Shown piece after piece: positions 10,330 through 19,934 of a stretch of 64,000 nt of DNA; position 1 is the first letter of the stretch; each line of letters starts with the position of its first letter. Source of the stretch: Candidatus Obscuribacterales bacterium (GTDB lineage Bacteria > Cyanobacteriota > Vampirovibrionia > Obscuribacterales > Obscuribacteraceae); NCBI GenBank assembly GCA_965228855.1, contig CBDDIJ010000002.1, forward strand, positions 832,001 through 896,000, in the 5' to 3' direction. Position numbers and translations under genes: made by a program. The notes beneath the pieces are model-generated. The model did not search any database and was not told the origin of the DNA. It saw only the letters and a list, made by a program, of their open reading frames with translations.

Positions 10330-10668
10330 GGTTGATACCTTTCCGAACCGCGCAGCAGCGAAGGCTTCGTTCCTGCAGTGGGTCGGCTCTGCCGACAGCA
10401 AAACGCGAACTGACGATGCCGGAAAGGACGCTCGTCAGTTCATTGCAGGTACGAGAAGACTTCGCTTTGATGGGCGCGGGTTAACGTTGCGAATGTGACA
10501 CAAACGTCAGTGCCACTGTGATTGCGCGAACATCGCACAAAGACCTCCAGACGAAAGGAGGGCGCAGTGTGATACCACATCCGGTGACATCACGCTTCGC
10601 CTGATTGATGAGTCTGGGTCCGTTAGACTCACCGGCGGTTCTCCTGATGACGAGTTTCGGCGTCCTGC
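10330..10668 (-). other. densely structured intergenic leader (candidate cis-regulatory RNA)
   Basis: Chain of at least 8 stem-loops between osmC-like gene and transporter; no family assigned. Confidence 0.4.
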
Positions 10669-11073
10669 TTACTTCTTCGTCACGGTGGCTGCCAACGTCT
10701 TCGAGCCGAACATCAGCTTGTAGACGGGGCACTTCTCCGCTGTGCGCTTGATGGCATCGAGGTCCGCTTGCGACAGGTTGCCCTTCACCTCGATATCCTC
10801 GGTTACCACAGGGTCAGCTGCGGTGCCGTTCGGATAGGTGACGCCAACCTTGACGATAAGCTCCTGGATGTCCCAGTTGCGACGCGGAGCGACAATCAGA
10901 ATGGTTTGAACGGTGCAGGCTCCAAGTCCGGCGAGAAACAGATCCTTGGGATTCGGTCCACCATCGGCACCGCCTGCGGAGACGGGCTGATCGCTGATGA
11001 ACGTGTGAGTCCCGGAATTGCACTCGACTTGAAACTTCTGACCGGTAACCTGTTTTACGGTGACCTGCGCCAT
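10669..11073 (-). CDS. OsmC/YhfA-family protein
   Basis: GGADGGPNPKDLFLAGLGAC...AEKCPV two-Cys motif. Confidence 0.92.
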   Translation of the reverse strand: MAQVTVKQVTGQKFQVECNSGTHTFISDQPVSAGGADGGPNPKDLFLAGLGACTVQTILIVAPRRNWDIQELIVKVGVTYPNGTAADPVVTEDIEVKGNLSQADLDAIKRTAEKCPVYKLMFGSKTLAATVTKK

Positions 11074-11423
11074 GGTTTGATTCCCATGTTAGTTGTTTCG
11101 AACTGCGCTGGAAGAACATGCTCCCTCTACAACCGTGCCCGATCAGACCACTCCAGTGAGCGGACTGAATCAAGCTTCTTGCGGAGGCGCTTGATGTTTG
11201 GAGCTATTAAGTTTTCTCCGGGTCAATTGCGGTGGGGCATGGATTGGAATTCAATCCTAGCTAAGTAACATCCGTGAAAGCTCTTTGATTTCTGTTAATA
11301 GAACAGTTCTAAAAAGCAGTCATGAGTTCCGGATCTAGTTTGGATCGAGGTTTGCGACGGTTTAACCTTGAGCAGAAACAATTAGCGCAAGTTGCAATAG
11401 TGTCGCGATTGCCAACAGATCTC

Positions 11424-12521
11424 TTATCTTCTTCCGGACATTGCCTTCCGCTGACCACCAGTAGTGAGCTCGTCTTCAGAGCTTTCACCAGGTTTCGGCG
11501 GAGGCAGGAATTTGTTTTTGTGTCTCCAAATGAGAATCGCTGCGACCGGTGTTCCAATCGCGACCAGACCAGCTGCCACGAAGATCGAAGTCAGGACCAT
11601 GCTCAATAGGTCTCGAAGAGCGGCGATGTCTCCTGACAGCCCGGAGAGCTGCTTTTCCAAATTGGTGATTGGTTTTTCCATGTTCGATAGCGGCTTGCGT
11701 ATGCTGCTTATGTCGTCATGAACACCAGTCACTTGCGCGTCTAGGTCGTGAATCGGTTCTGCCATTGAGATCAACGGCTCTTTCAATTCCATGATCGGCT
11801 CTCGAATTCGGTCAATATCTGAGCGCACCCGTGATATGTCGGGTCGCATTCGCTTCAGCTCCGTGTAGGTCCCTTTGATTGACGACTGTACCGAGTTCAT
11901 TTGATCTGAAACAGTTGCAATGCGATTCTCCACACCTTTCATGTGCCCTACTGTTTCACCGAGTCGTTCTTCGACGCCCTTCATGTGACCGACGGTTTCG
12001 TCAAGGCGATTCGAAATTCCGCCCATCTCGCCTCGAACATCACGCATGTCGTGTTGAACGCCCTTGAGTTGCCCGCCCATTTTGTCGACGCGATTCTGGA
12101 GATTCAACATCGCCGGTTGCAGCGCTGCAATCGGCCCTGTAAGTTTCATCATCTGTTGCTGCAAGCGCACAGTTTGCTCTTGCAGTTTAATCACAGGTGA
12201 AAAAATCCAGCGGATTGGATTCAGTGAAAAACCTTTCTTCTTGGCGGGCTTCTCCTTGAGATCGGCGGTGGAAACTTCCACTCCTGGAACCGTGTTTAGA
12301 GCCTCAGCTTGTTCCTTCGCGAACTTGTTGGCGTCTTTCACCTGAATTTGGTCGAGCTTTGCTTCTGTTTCAGTCACCTTTTTGTCGTCCAGTTCGACTG
12401 CGGGGGCAGTGGTCGAAACGCTACCCTCGTGCGGCTCGGCGGCCATCGCCAGGCATGGCAAAGTCAACGCCGTAAACGACGCCGCGTAAGTGGCTACGAT
12501 GATTCTCTTGAAAGTCTGCAT
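11424..12521 (-). CDS. exported coiled-coil protein with C-terminal TM anchor
   Basis: Signal peptide from MQTFKRII; heptad and 14-aa repeats (RLDETVGHMKGVEE/RLGETVGHMKGVEN); C-terminal hydrophobic helix. Confidence 0.75.
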   Translation of the reverse strand: MQTFKRIIVATYAASFTALTLPCLAMAAEPHEGSVSTTAPAVELDDKKVTETEAKLDQIQVKDANKFAKEQAEALNTVPGVEVSTADLKEKPAKKKGFSLNPIRWIFSPVIKLQEQTVRLQQQMMKLTGPIAALQPAMLNLQNRVDKMGGQLKGVQHDMRDVRGEMGGISNRLDETVGHMKGVEERLGETVGHMKGVENRIATVSDQMNSVQSSIKGTYTELKRMRPDISRVRSDIDRIREPIMELKEPLISMAEPIHDLDAQVTGVHDDISSIRKPLSNMEKPITNLEKQLSGLSGDIAALRDLLSMVLTSIFVAAGLVAIGTPVAAILIWRHKNKFLPPPKPGESSEDELTTGGQRKAMSGRR

Positions 12522-12579
12522 AAAGTCACCCCCGGTAAGCATGTTTGCGGGACGGGCAACTTCGCCGATGGTTCCCTTG

Positions 12580-12870
12580 AGCAAAAAAACCACTACTAGA
12601 CCAGACAGCAAAAAAAAACTACTACTAGACTAGATAGTCTTTATTGAATGCCGTCAAATGAGACGCGGCAAGGCATTTCGGCTTTGCTTCACTAGCAGTT
12701 TCACAAAGACAACTCGTTTTGGCTATCCTGGTATGACGCATTTGGCTAAATCCGGCATTCCAGGATAGACAAAGAGACTTTTGTCTCGACTACAACGGGA
12801 CGTTAAGGACTGAAACGCCCTATCTCCACAGCGTTGCGCGGTTTTGACTGAGCATGACGGCATATAGTAG
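12580..12870. repeat. dispersed CTACTATA/palindrome element, complete copy (12622-12870) with tandemly duplicated left end
   Basis: CTACTAGA at 12622 (duplicated ~28-bp unit 12580-12635); palindrome 12718-12773; GGCATATAGTAG ending 12870. Confidence 0.85.
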
Positions 12871-12936
12871 AAAAACACGAAAGCGCACAATCCCGGGGGG
12901 TGAGTCCGGAATTGTGGCTTCCGCCTAGCGGCAGTA

Positions 12937-13791
12937 TCAGGCGGTTTTCTTCGCCAAACGGAGCCGCTGCTCGATTGCGTCGTTGATGATGCGCAGCACC
13001 GTCACGCGGCTGAAGCGCTTGCAGTTGCTGGGAATGACGTGCCACGGCGCCGTCTTGGTGCCGGTCAGGTGGAACATCTTGTTGGCGTACTTGGTGTACT
13101 CGTCCCAGTGCTTGCGAGCGGTTTCGTCGGCTTCGGTGTACTTCCAGCCCTTGCTCTCGCGCCGTTCCTTGAAGCGCTCTTCCTGCACTTCCGGCGTGAT
13201 TTCCAGCCAGATCTTCACCGGAATGGTCCCGCTTTGCGAGATCAGCCATTCCATCGTGTTGATGTGACCGTAAGCCGCCTGGACGTGCTCCTTGGAAGCG
13301 AGCCCCATGACCGGGACGACGAGGAGTTCTTCGTTCCAGCCGCGGTCGAAGATGCGGACCTGTCCGAATCCGGGCATGCGGTCACGCTCGAAGAAGCGGA
13401 GCAAGTACGGCTGGCTGCGCTCCTCGTCATTGGGCGGACCGACGGGAACGACGGCGAGCGTCTTCATGTCGAAGTCGACGCCGGTGATGATGCGCTTCGT
13501 GGCGCCAGACTTGCCGGCGGCGTCGCGACCCTGGAATGTGACGACGAGAGAAAGTTTGGGCTCCTGGAGCTGGCGAACCAGGTCGTTGAGCCGTTCTTCT
13601 TCCTTGGCCAGGGCCTTCTCGTAGGTTTTCTTGTCGAGCGCGCGACCGTGGTCGAGCAACGACAAGTAGTCCGGCACGTCGCCCGGCTTGGAGTAAGGCG
13701 CAGTCGGGTTCTTGTTCGCGTGAGCGACCTGAACGATACCGCGCTCGTTGAGCCTGGCGTTGACACCAGGCGGGAGTTTCGAACGTGACAT
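12937..13791 (-). CDS. ppk2: polyphosphate kinase 2 family protein
   Basis: FQGRDAAGKSG Walker A, IFDRGWN, KIWLEITPEVQEERFKER, TGTKTAPWHVIPSNCKR. Confidence 0.92.
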   Translation of the reverse strand: MSRSKLPPGVNARLNERGIVQVAHANKNPTAPYSKPGDVPDYLSLLDHGRALDKKTYEKALAKEEERLNDLVRQLQEPKLSLVVTFQGRDAAGKSGATKRIITGVDFDMKTLAVVPVGPPNDEERSQPYLLRFFERDRMPGFGQVRIFDRGWNEELLVVPVMGLASKEHVQAAYGHINTMEWLISQSGTIPVKIWLEITPEVQEERFKERRESKGWKYTEADETARKHWDEYTKYANKMFHLTGTKTAPWHVIPSNCKRFSRVTVLRIINDAIEQRLRLAKKTA

Positions 13792-13871
13792 GGGTTTCCC
13801 TTTTGGTCTTGAGTTACACAGCGATAGAGGGCTCTCGGTTGGAAACCGAGAACCCTCATCGCCGGCGGACC

Positions 13872-15779
13872 TTACGGCTGGCCGAACCAGTCGAAGGCGT
13901 AGAACCGGAGTCGCATGAAATCCGAAACAGCAGCCGTGCCGTCGACCTTGGTCTTGGCGACAGAGTTCCCCGCGGCGTCGAACTCCTCCACGGAAAGCGC
14001 GACTGGCGTGCCGACATCGTTTCGCACGATGACGACGACGTACAGCAGACGCTTCAGTCCCGTGTAGTGTTCGGCACGCACCACGCTGCCGGTCGAGCTG
14101 ACGCGGTAGATGGAGCGACCCGTGAAGATGTTGCCTCTGCCTTCAAAACGGTCAATCTGCACGGCGCCGTCGCGGTAGTAGCTCATGACCAGCTGGAAGG
14201 TCATGTACTGACTCGAATCATACTCCTGGTACACGACCAGGCGACGATCCGCGTCGTAGCCGGACACCTTGGCCCACTGGAAGCCGCTCCCATAGGTCAC
14301 TTCCCACCGCGCCACTTGAACGCGCACGGCGTTGTGGACGAAGCGGAACGCGAACCCCGGGACCTCGGTGAATTCCTGCTTCACGCCCGGCTCGACGGCT
14401 GGCGGTTCGGCAGGCGGATTGAACGGACCCGGATCGACCACCACCGGAGGCGGCGGGTCGACGGGCTTGGTCGGCGGCTCGACCGGTTGGCAGCCCGCGC
14501 AAGGCGGGATGTTGTTGATCACCGTCACCGACCCGCCGCCGTTGTTCGTGTTGTGATTGTGGTCGTGCCACATCCACAGCATGATGCAGGCGAACAGGAA
14601 GGCGAGGAACCCGAGGAAGCCGAACAGCATCCAGCGGTTGTTGTCCCGCTGTTTCTTGCTGGTGTCCCCATCCGCCGGCGGAGGCGGCGGAGATGGCGGG
14701 TTGGGCTCATCCGGTTTTCCCGGCTTGTTGCGAGCGCTCATCTTGACCTCCACGTCGAATTGGCGAGCGAGCTTTTCGCCGCCGGTGTCCGAGGAACGGT
14801 CCACCGTCAGCGACAGATGCGCACTCGCCTCCTGGTGTTGGGTGCCAGCCACATCACCGAGCTGCGCAAGAGCCTCTTCGGTGCCGACGCCCGCCGCATG
14901 CCGGAGGTACTCGCGGTACCGGGCATTGGCGTCGTCTTTGCCGGGCTCTGCGGGCTTGTCGTCTTCCGACTTGCCATCGCCGTCGCCCTCAGCCGGTTCG
15001 CCGGTCGTGTCACCGCTGGGCGGTTCCACGGGCTCGCCAGCAGGCGGAACGGTGGCACCATCGGCTTCGCTGCTCGCTTCGGCTTCGGTGGGTGCCGGAG
15101 CGCTGGCAGCGTGCTTCTCGGCTCGTTCGATGACGGGACCGTGAAGTTCCGCGACCTTGGCAGCGGTCGTCTCGATGTCGAAGGAGTTGTCGATGAGGAC
15201 GTCGGACAGCTTCGCCTTCTCCGTCTGCGACATTTGCAGTGAGATGAGGCGAGCCGCTTCGGTCTCGTCCACGTTGTCGCGCGCCTTGAGTCGCTCCATG
15301 CGGATGTTCTCGTTGGCGACGACGCACCAGACTTCGTCGAAGTACGCCTTCATCCCGGCTTCGTGGAGAAGTGGGACGAGCATGAAAACGATTTTCTTGC
15401 CTTCGCCGCTGTACTGGGCAACGTAGGCTTCGAGGCGCTCGTTGATGCGCGGAAACATGATGGCCTCGAGGCAGGCTTTGGCCTCGTCGGAATCGAACGC
15501 GCGAGCGCGGAGGCGGTCGCGGTTGATCGGGCCGTTTTCGGCGTCCACGAGGTCGGTGCCGAAGTGCGCGAGCACTTCGTGGTACGCCTCGCAGGGGCCG
15601 CTGAGCAGCTCATGCGTGATCAGATCGGTGTCGATCACGATCTCGCCATGGCGCTCTTGCAGAATTTCACCGACGACGGACTTGCCGGTAGCGCGCGAAC
15701 CCGTGATACCCACGAGATACGGACGCACGACATCGCCAGCCGACGGCAAGCTTCCGCTACCGCAGAAGGGCTTGCTCAT
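13872..15779 (-). CDS. coaE: dephospho-CoA kinase domain fused to acidic linker, TM helix and Pro-rich extracytoplasmic domain
   Basis: LVGITGSRATGKS, IDTDLITHELL, INRDRL, VPLLHEAG, RLKARD, LQMSQTEK, DVLIDN; TM WMLFGFLGFLAFLFACIMLWMW. Confidence 0.85.
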   Translation of the reverse strand: MSKPFCGSGSLPSAGDVVRPYLVGITGSRATGKSVVGEILQERHGEIVIDTDLITHELLSGPCEAYHEVLAHFGTDLVDAENGPINRDRLRARAFDSDEAKACLEAIMFPRINERLEAYVAQYSGEGKKIVFMLVPLLHEAGMKAYFDEVWCVVANENIRMERLKARDNVDETEAARLISLQMSQTEKAKLSDVLIDNSFDIETTAAKVAELHGPVIERAEKHAASAPAPTEAEASSEADGATVPPAGEPVEPPSGDTTGEPAEGDGDGKSEDDKPAEPGKDDANARYREYLRHAAGVGTEEALAQLGDVAGTQHQEASAHLSLTVDRSSDTGGEKLARQFDVEVKMSARNKPGKPDEPNPPSPPPPPADGDTSKKQRDNNRWMLFGFLGFLAFLFACIMLWMWHDHNHNTNNGGGSVTVINNIPPCAGCQPVEPPTKPVDPPPPVVVDPGPFNPPAEPPAVEPGVKQEFTEVPGFAFRFVHNAVRVQVARWEVTYGSGFQWAKVSGYDADRRLVVYQEYDSSQYMTFQLVMSYYRDGAVQIDRFEGRGNIFTGRSIYRVSSTGSVVRAEHYTGLKRLLYVVVIVRNDVGTPVALSVEEFDAAGNSVAKTKVDGTAAVSDFMRLRFYAFDWFGQP

Positions 15780-16328
15780 AGCTAGTTCTCCTTTTACCTG
15801 ATTAGATGTTGAGTAACAGAGAAGCAGCCCGCGAGAACTTGATGTTCTGCGAGTGCGAGAGACACTTGAAACTCTCCGCGAGACAGAGTCTCAGGGAAAG
15901 AGCGGTTAGGTCCGGGTACTGTTGGTGGTTTGTAGGACGAAGACCTTTGTTTCAAGAGAAAGAAGATTGTGCCTGACACCCTAGTGGCCAAGAGGACTCG
16001 AAGTCAACGAGTTCAGCCGCCTGTGGCAATATCGCTACAATGCTTAAAACCGCTTGCGCGCTCGACGCTGAACCGCTGTGAGCTCTCCCAGGTACGGCCG
16101 CTGGCTCGCGCAGAGATCTCTTACGCGAAGCCGCTTGAGGGTTTACAGTCGCGATGAGAGTTGAACGTCACGCGGTAGCTATAAGTTCATGAGCTTTAAA
16201 GATCCTGTGCTAGCTTCGCTATAGATCGTGATCTAATTATTTTAAGCAGTTCGCGCAACTCGCGCAGCGTGCTGGAAAAGTTCCGACGGAGCGCAAAAAG
16301 TGGTGGCGCCGGCGGTGTCAAACCTTCT

Positions 16329-16530
16329 CTACTGTATGATTCCGTTTCTTCCGGCGCTCTCTGTGTCAAAACCCCATCTACTATATGATCCCGTTTCTTC
16401 GGGCGCTCTCAAAGTTCGGTGCATTCGGGCTTCGTGGCATTTTAAGCGTTGTTCTCCACTCGAAAGATGGTTACTTGGCTACGCCAGAGCGACGCTTTTT
16501 GCCAAATGCGTCATGCCAGCGTAGACAAAA
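16329..16530. repeat. dispersed CTACTATA/palindrome element, partial copy with duplicated left end
   Basis: 49-bp-period direct repeat CTACTRTATGATYCCGTTTCTTC.GGCGCTCTC at 16329 and 16378; palindrome 16475-16530 ending GCGTAGACAAAA; right terminus not found. Confidence 0.82.
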
Positions 16531-16537
16531 ATTGATG

Positions 16538-16612
16538 AACAGTAACCGCAAGTGCTCAACAGTGACGGCAAGAGCTCAGCAGAAATCGTAAGAGCTCAGC
16601 AGTAACCGCAAG
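16538..16612. repeat. 20-bp tandem repeat, about 4 units
   Basis: AACAGTAACCGCAAGTGCTC / AACAGTGACGGCAAGAGCTC / AGCAGAAATCGTAAGAGCTC / AGCAGTAACCGCAAG. Confidence 0.9.
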
Positions 16613-16911
16613 CTGCCGAGACCTTCTCTGCAACCCTTGCATACGGTTATGGGTTAGTGGATGCAATCGTACGAGGCGAAGTCAAGCCAACGGCACGCGA
16701 AAAAGACTATAAGAACTATTGCGAAGCAGATTCCGAACCATTGCATGAAGGTCATTTCTTCTGGATCAAGCATCTACGCAGTTCCTCGGGGTTGTCGAAA
16801 GAGTCCTTTCAGTAGCTTGCGCGGCTGGCCCTCAATTTCAGGGCGAAAGTTCCTCTCATTACTAGTATAATCTCTCGTTCTGGCAAAACTTACACCCCAG
16901 CGGAGTTTACA

Positions 16912-17337
16912 ATGGCTGAGAAACCACGGTTAATTGGCATCATCTTGTGCGAGAGAGTTCTCCAAGATGTATTGCGTAGAGATGCAGTTTCCTGTGTCAA
17001 CATCTATAACGGCATCACAGCACAATCTTTCCCAGCGGTTGTTCCGTTGGTCTATGCATTCGCTCAGATCTCCGGTTCTTCGGAAGGATTCGAATATCAG
17101 TTCAAAATCGCTGACGGCGGTGGCAGAGTTATCGCAATGTCTCCTCCCGCCAAGGTAGAGCCTCTACCGAGTCAGTTCATGACCCACAAGATCATCAGCG
17201 CTTTCAGTGGCCTGGCTTTCGAACAAGAAGGCACCTACGAAATCATTCTCTACGTCGGTGGAGAAGCGTTGGGTTCGCTTCCGTTCCAAGTGCTCGTCAT
17301 GCAGCCGCAACCGCAGCCTGCAGAAGCTGGCGTTTAG
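16912..17337 (+). CDS. hypothetical beta-sandwich protein (DUF6941-like)
   Basis: IILCERVLQD N-terminus and FEQEGTYEIILYVGGE C-terminus; GGAG RBS. Confidence 0.7.
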   Translation: MAEKPRLIGIILCERVLQDVLRRDAVSCVNIYNGITAQSFPAVVPLVYAFAQISGSSEGFEYQFKIADGGGRVIAMSPPAKVEPLPSQFMTHKIISAFSGLAFEQEGTYEIILYVGGEALGSLPFQVLVMQPQPQPAEAGV

Positions 17338-17360
17338 TTCACGAAAGGCGAATAGCTTTT

Positions 17361-17391
17361 AAACTCCTCTGTACGCAGGGGAGTTTTTTTT
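17361..17391 (+). terminator. intrinsic terminator
   Basis: AAACTCCTCTG-TACG-CAGGGGAGTTT with T8 tract. Confidence 0.85.
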
Positions 17392-17407
17392 CGGGACGAA
17401 ACAGCTG

Positions 17408-19816
17408 CTAGTTCTCCAGTCGCTTAACCTGCTCGGACTCAGGATAGTACCGTCTCAGATGTTTTCCGATCACGAGCTTTTCGGCCGCATTGCCGGATTT
17501 CGCTGCCAGTTTGTACTTGGTCCACAGCGCCAGCCAGTTTGACGGATCGAGCATCAGTGATTGGTTCAGCATCATATCTGCCGGCGAATCTGCCTTGGTG
17601 GTGCTTTGCGAGGAACTTTCCATTGGTGAGTCTGTTGACGTTCTTTCGCCCGGCGCATCTTCCGAACCGGCGAGCAGTAGCCCGGCTGCTGCATAAACAG
17701 AGGGCTCGGTCTGGCAGGTCGCCAGCGCCTTGTTGATAAGCGGGCGTGCTTTACTGTGATTGGCATTGCCGGTTTGCAAATAGTATTGCGCCCAGAGAGA
17801 CAAGACTTTTGCCATCACAGGTTTCCTGTCGCTGCGTTTGGCGTAATCAAAGGCGGTCATGAATTTGTCGGTGATTATCTTGTTTGCTTTTGGCATCTCG
17901 TTTTTCTGAGCGGCGATACCGGTTTTTGACAAATAGAGAGCCTCGTTTGCCATTGCCAGGGAAGCGGTAGCCGTGCAGCCCTGGGACACGGCATCGGTTG
18001 CCAGATGCGCCAGTTGATTCGTCGCTGACCTGGCGTTGCCGTGGTTGTAGTAATCTGCAAGGATTCTATTTAGCCGGGCATCAAGCTCTGTCTCAGCTTT
18101 TGGGGTTGTATCCTCGAAATAAATTTTCTGATTGCGATAGTCGATCGTGACACGGTACTGACTGAGAAGGGGATTGCCGATGATTGCAAGCGCGCCACCG
18201 GATATGATACCGCGCGGCGTCTCTTCGTTTTCGTTTGAAGGTGCTACCGAAAAGATTGGATCTTTGATGGACAGCTTGCCGATGTCGAGCGATTTGAAGC
18301 GTATCGCGCCGGTTTTAACCGGCGTTCCGTCGAGACCTTTGATAATCCCTACCGGCAGAAGAGGTTCGGCCGCAACCGCTTTGATTAGAGACTCAGACAC
18401 GTGATTGAAGGCCGCACCGCTGTCAACGAGAAAGGACAACTTCAAGTTGTTGTCGATCACTCCTTCAACTGCAAGACCGGATACGCCCAGCGACGGTTTG
18501 GTCTCCACGGCAACCGCTCCCTCTGGAATCTTGACGCGGTCAGGGTCTTGAAGTAGCAGTTCCTGTTTGTCGTAATCGATGGTGATAAGAAACCGTTTCA
18601 AAATGTTGGCGCCGATAAGACCATGCGGTCTGGTGGCGAGGAATTGCGAAAACTTGGACAGGTCGGCAATTGCTACAGGCACGTTGTCGAGGACGATGTC
18701 TCCGATCTGAAATGTTTTTAGATTTGCAAAACCCATTTTCATTGCGCCAGAGCCGGTTGTGATTGCCACTTCCTCGCTGGGCTTGGCAATCATGTCTCGG
18801 AATGTAGCGGTGTCGACGATTGATTGAGTCGCGCCTGTGTCCAGGATAAATGGGCGGTTTGGTAAACCGTTGACACTGGCCATGACGAGAATTTCATTGG
18901 AAGTGTAATGGAACGGAACTCGAACCGGACCGCTGCGCAGTCTCGCGATCTTTGATTCCGTCGGCATTTTGAAGAAGTTATCAGTGACTTTGATATTGGT
19001 CTCCAGCTTTGTAATTTCTAAAACGCTGACCTTCTTCTTGTCTGAATATTCTATTGCTTTAAACGGTTGAAGGGTGTCGTCGACCGCCCTGTAATCCAAG
19101 TATTCATAAGCCTTCAGGCAATCGACGCCCTGTTCGATGTCGGCACCCTGGTACTCGGAGCGGACAACAAGATTTGTTCCAGGGTCCACGTAGAAAATGG
19201 TAGGTTTGTCGTCATCTGCCACCACGGATAGTGCTTCGCATTTGACGTCGTTGATCACTCTCGGCTCGGCAAGACTCAGTTTTCGACCTTTGTCCAGGAG
19301 CCTCTCGATCAGCAGGAGTCCATGATCCAAATCTTCTTTTACGCGCTTTGCGGTTATTAAATCCGTTGGCATGGCGTTGTTGCCCTGCATCGTCCAACAT
19401 TCTTTGCCATCGTATCCGGTGACTACCGGCTGACCCATGAAGGTGACGGATATCCATTGTTTGCGACCCTGAGAAACGATCTCGCAAGGCAAAGTATTGG
19501 AAGATCCGGACAGAGAAGAGATTTGCTCGACATTGCCTTTTGCTCTATAAGGAGTCGAGTTGAACTTCTTGATTTTCTCCAGACCTCCCAACTTCTCAAT
19601 GATCTTTTCTGCCAGTGCGAGCGCCTTTGACGCTGATGCAGATGAGTCTTCCGAGCTGAGGAGGGTTGTGTTGGCTGTCTGGAGTGATGGTGGTGTCGCA
19701 GGAGTATCAGCTGCGGTGACCGGCGAAACCACAAGTGGTGATATTGCCAGCCAGAACGACAAGGCGCAGAAGAGCGCTCTTTTTTGTGCAGCTTGACAAT
19801 GCGCTCTGCTTTCCAT
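17408..19816 (-). CDS. secreted protein with LolA-like N-terminal region, two retropepsin-like aspartyl protease domains and helical C-terminus
   Basis: Signal peptide; FILDTGATQSIVD, GLIGANIL, FLVDSGAAFNHV, AIIGNPLLSQYRVTIDY; start uncertain. Confidence 0.85.
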   Translation of the reverse strand: MESRAHCQAAQKRALFCALSFWLAISPLVVSPVTAADTPATPPSLQTANTTLLSSEDSSASASKALALAEKIIEKLGGLEKIKKFNSTPYRAKGNVEQISSLSGSSNTLPCEIVSQGRKQWISVTFMGQPVVTGYDGKECWTMQGNNAMPTDLITAKRVKEDLDHGLLLIERLLDKGRKLSLAEPRVINDVKCEALSVVADDDKPTIFYVDPGTNLVVRSEYQGADIEQGVDCLKAYEYLDYRAVDDTLQPFKAIEYSDKKKVSVLEITKLETNIKVTDNFFKMPTESKIARLRSGPVRVPFHYTSNEILVMASVNGLPNRPFILDTGATQSIVDTATFRDMIAKPSEEVAITTGSGAMKMGFANLKTFQIGDIVLDNVPVAIADLSKFSQFLATRPHGLIGANILKRFLITIDYDKQELLLQDPDRVKIPEGAVAVETKPSLGVSGLAVEGVIDNNLKLSFLVDSGAAFNHVSESLIKAVAAEPLLPVGIIKGLDGTPVKTGAIRFKSLDIGKLSIKDPIFSVAPSNENEETPRGIISGGALAIIGNPLLSQYRVTIDYRNQKIYFEDTTPKAETELDARLNRILADYYNHGNARSATNQLAHLATDAVSQGCTATASLAMANEALYLSKTGIAAQKNEMPKANKIITDKFMTAFDYAKRSDRKPVMAKVLSLWAQYYLQTGNANHSKARPLINKALATCQTEPSVYAAAGLLLAGSEDAPGERTSTDSPMESSSQSTTKADSPADMMLNQSLMLDPSNWLALWTKYKLAAKSGNAAEKLVIGKHLRRYYPESEQVKRLEN

Positions 19817-19934
19817 ACTTAGATTCCGGAGGAGAAACAAATACTCATTATGGCAAACTCCGGCGAAGCATCGGGTAAAATAGCGCAACTCGGCACACAT
19901 TTGCGTGGCGCCGTCTTTGAGTGAGAGCTTTCAG

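Noticed and set aside
13785..15242. Long antisense ORFs (also 13039-13788, 25167-26156, 28985-30397, 53120-54148, 55129-56400)
   Set aside because: They are shadow frames opposite well-supported GC-rich genes and carry no motifs.
16538..16612. Possible CRISPR array
   Set aside because: Units are contiguous 20-mers with no unique spacers, and there are no cas genes in the window.
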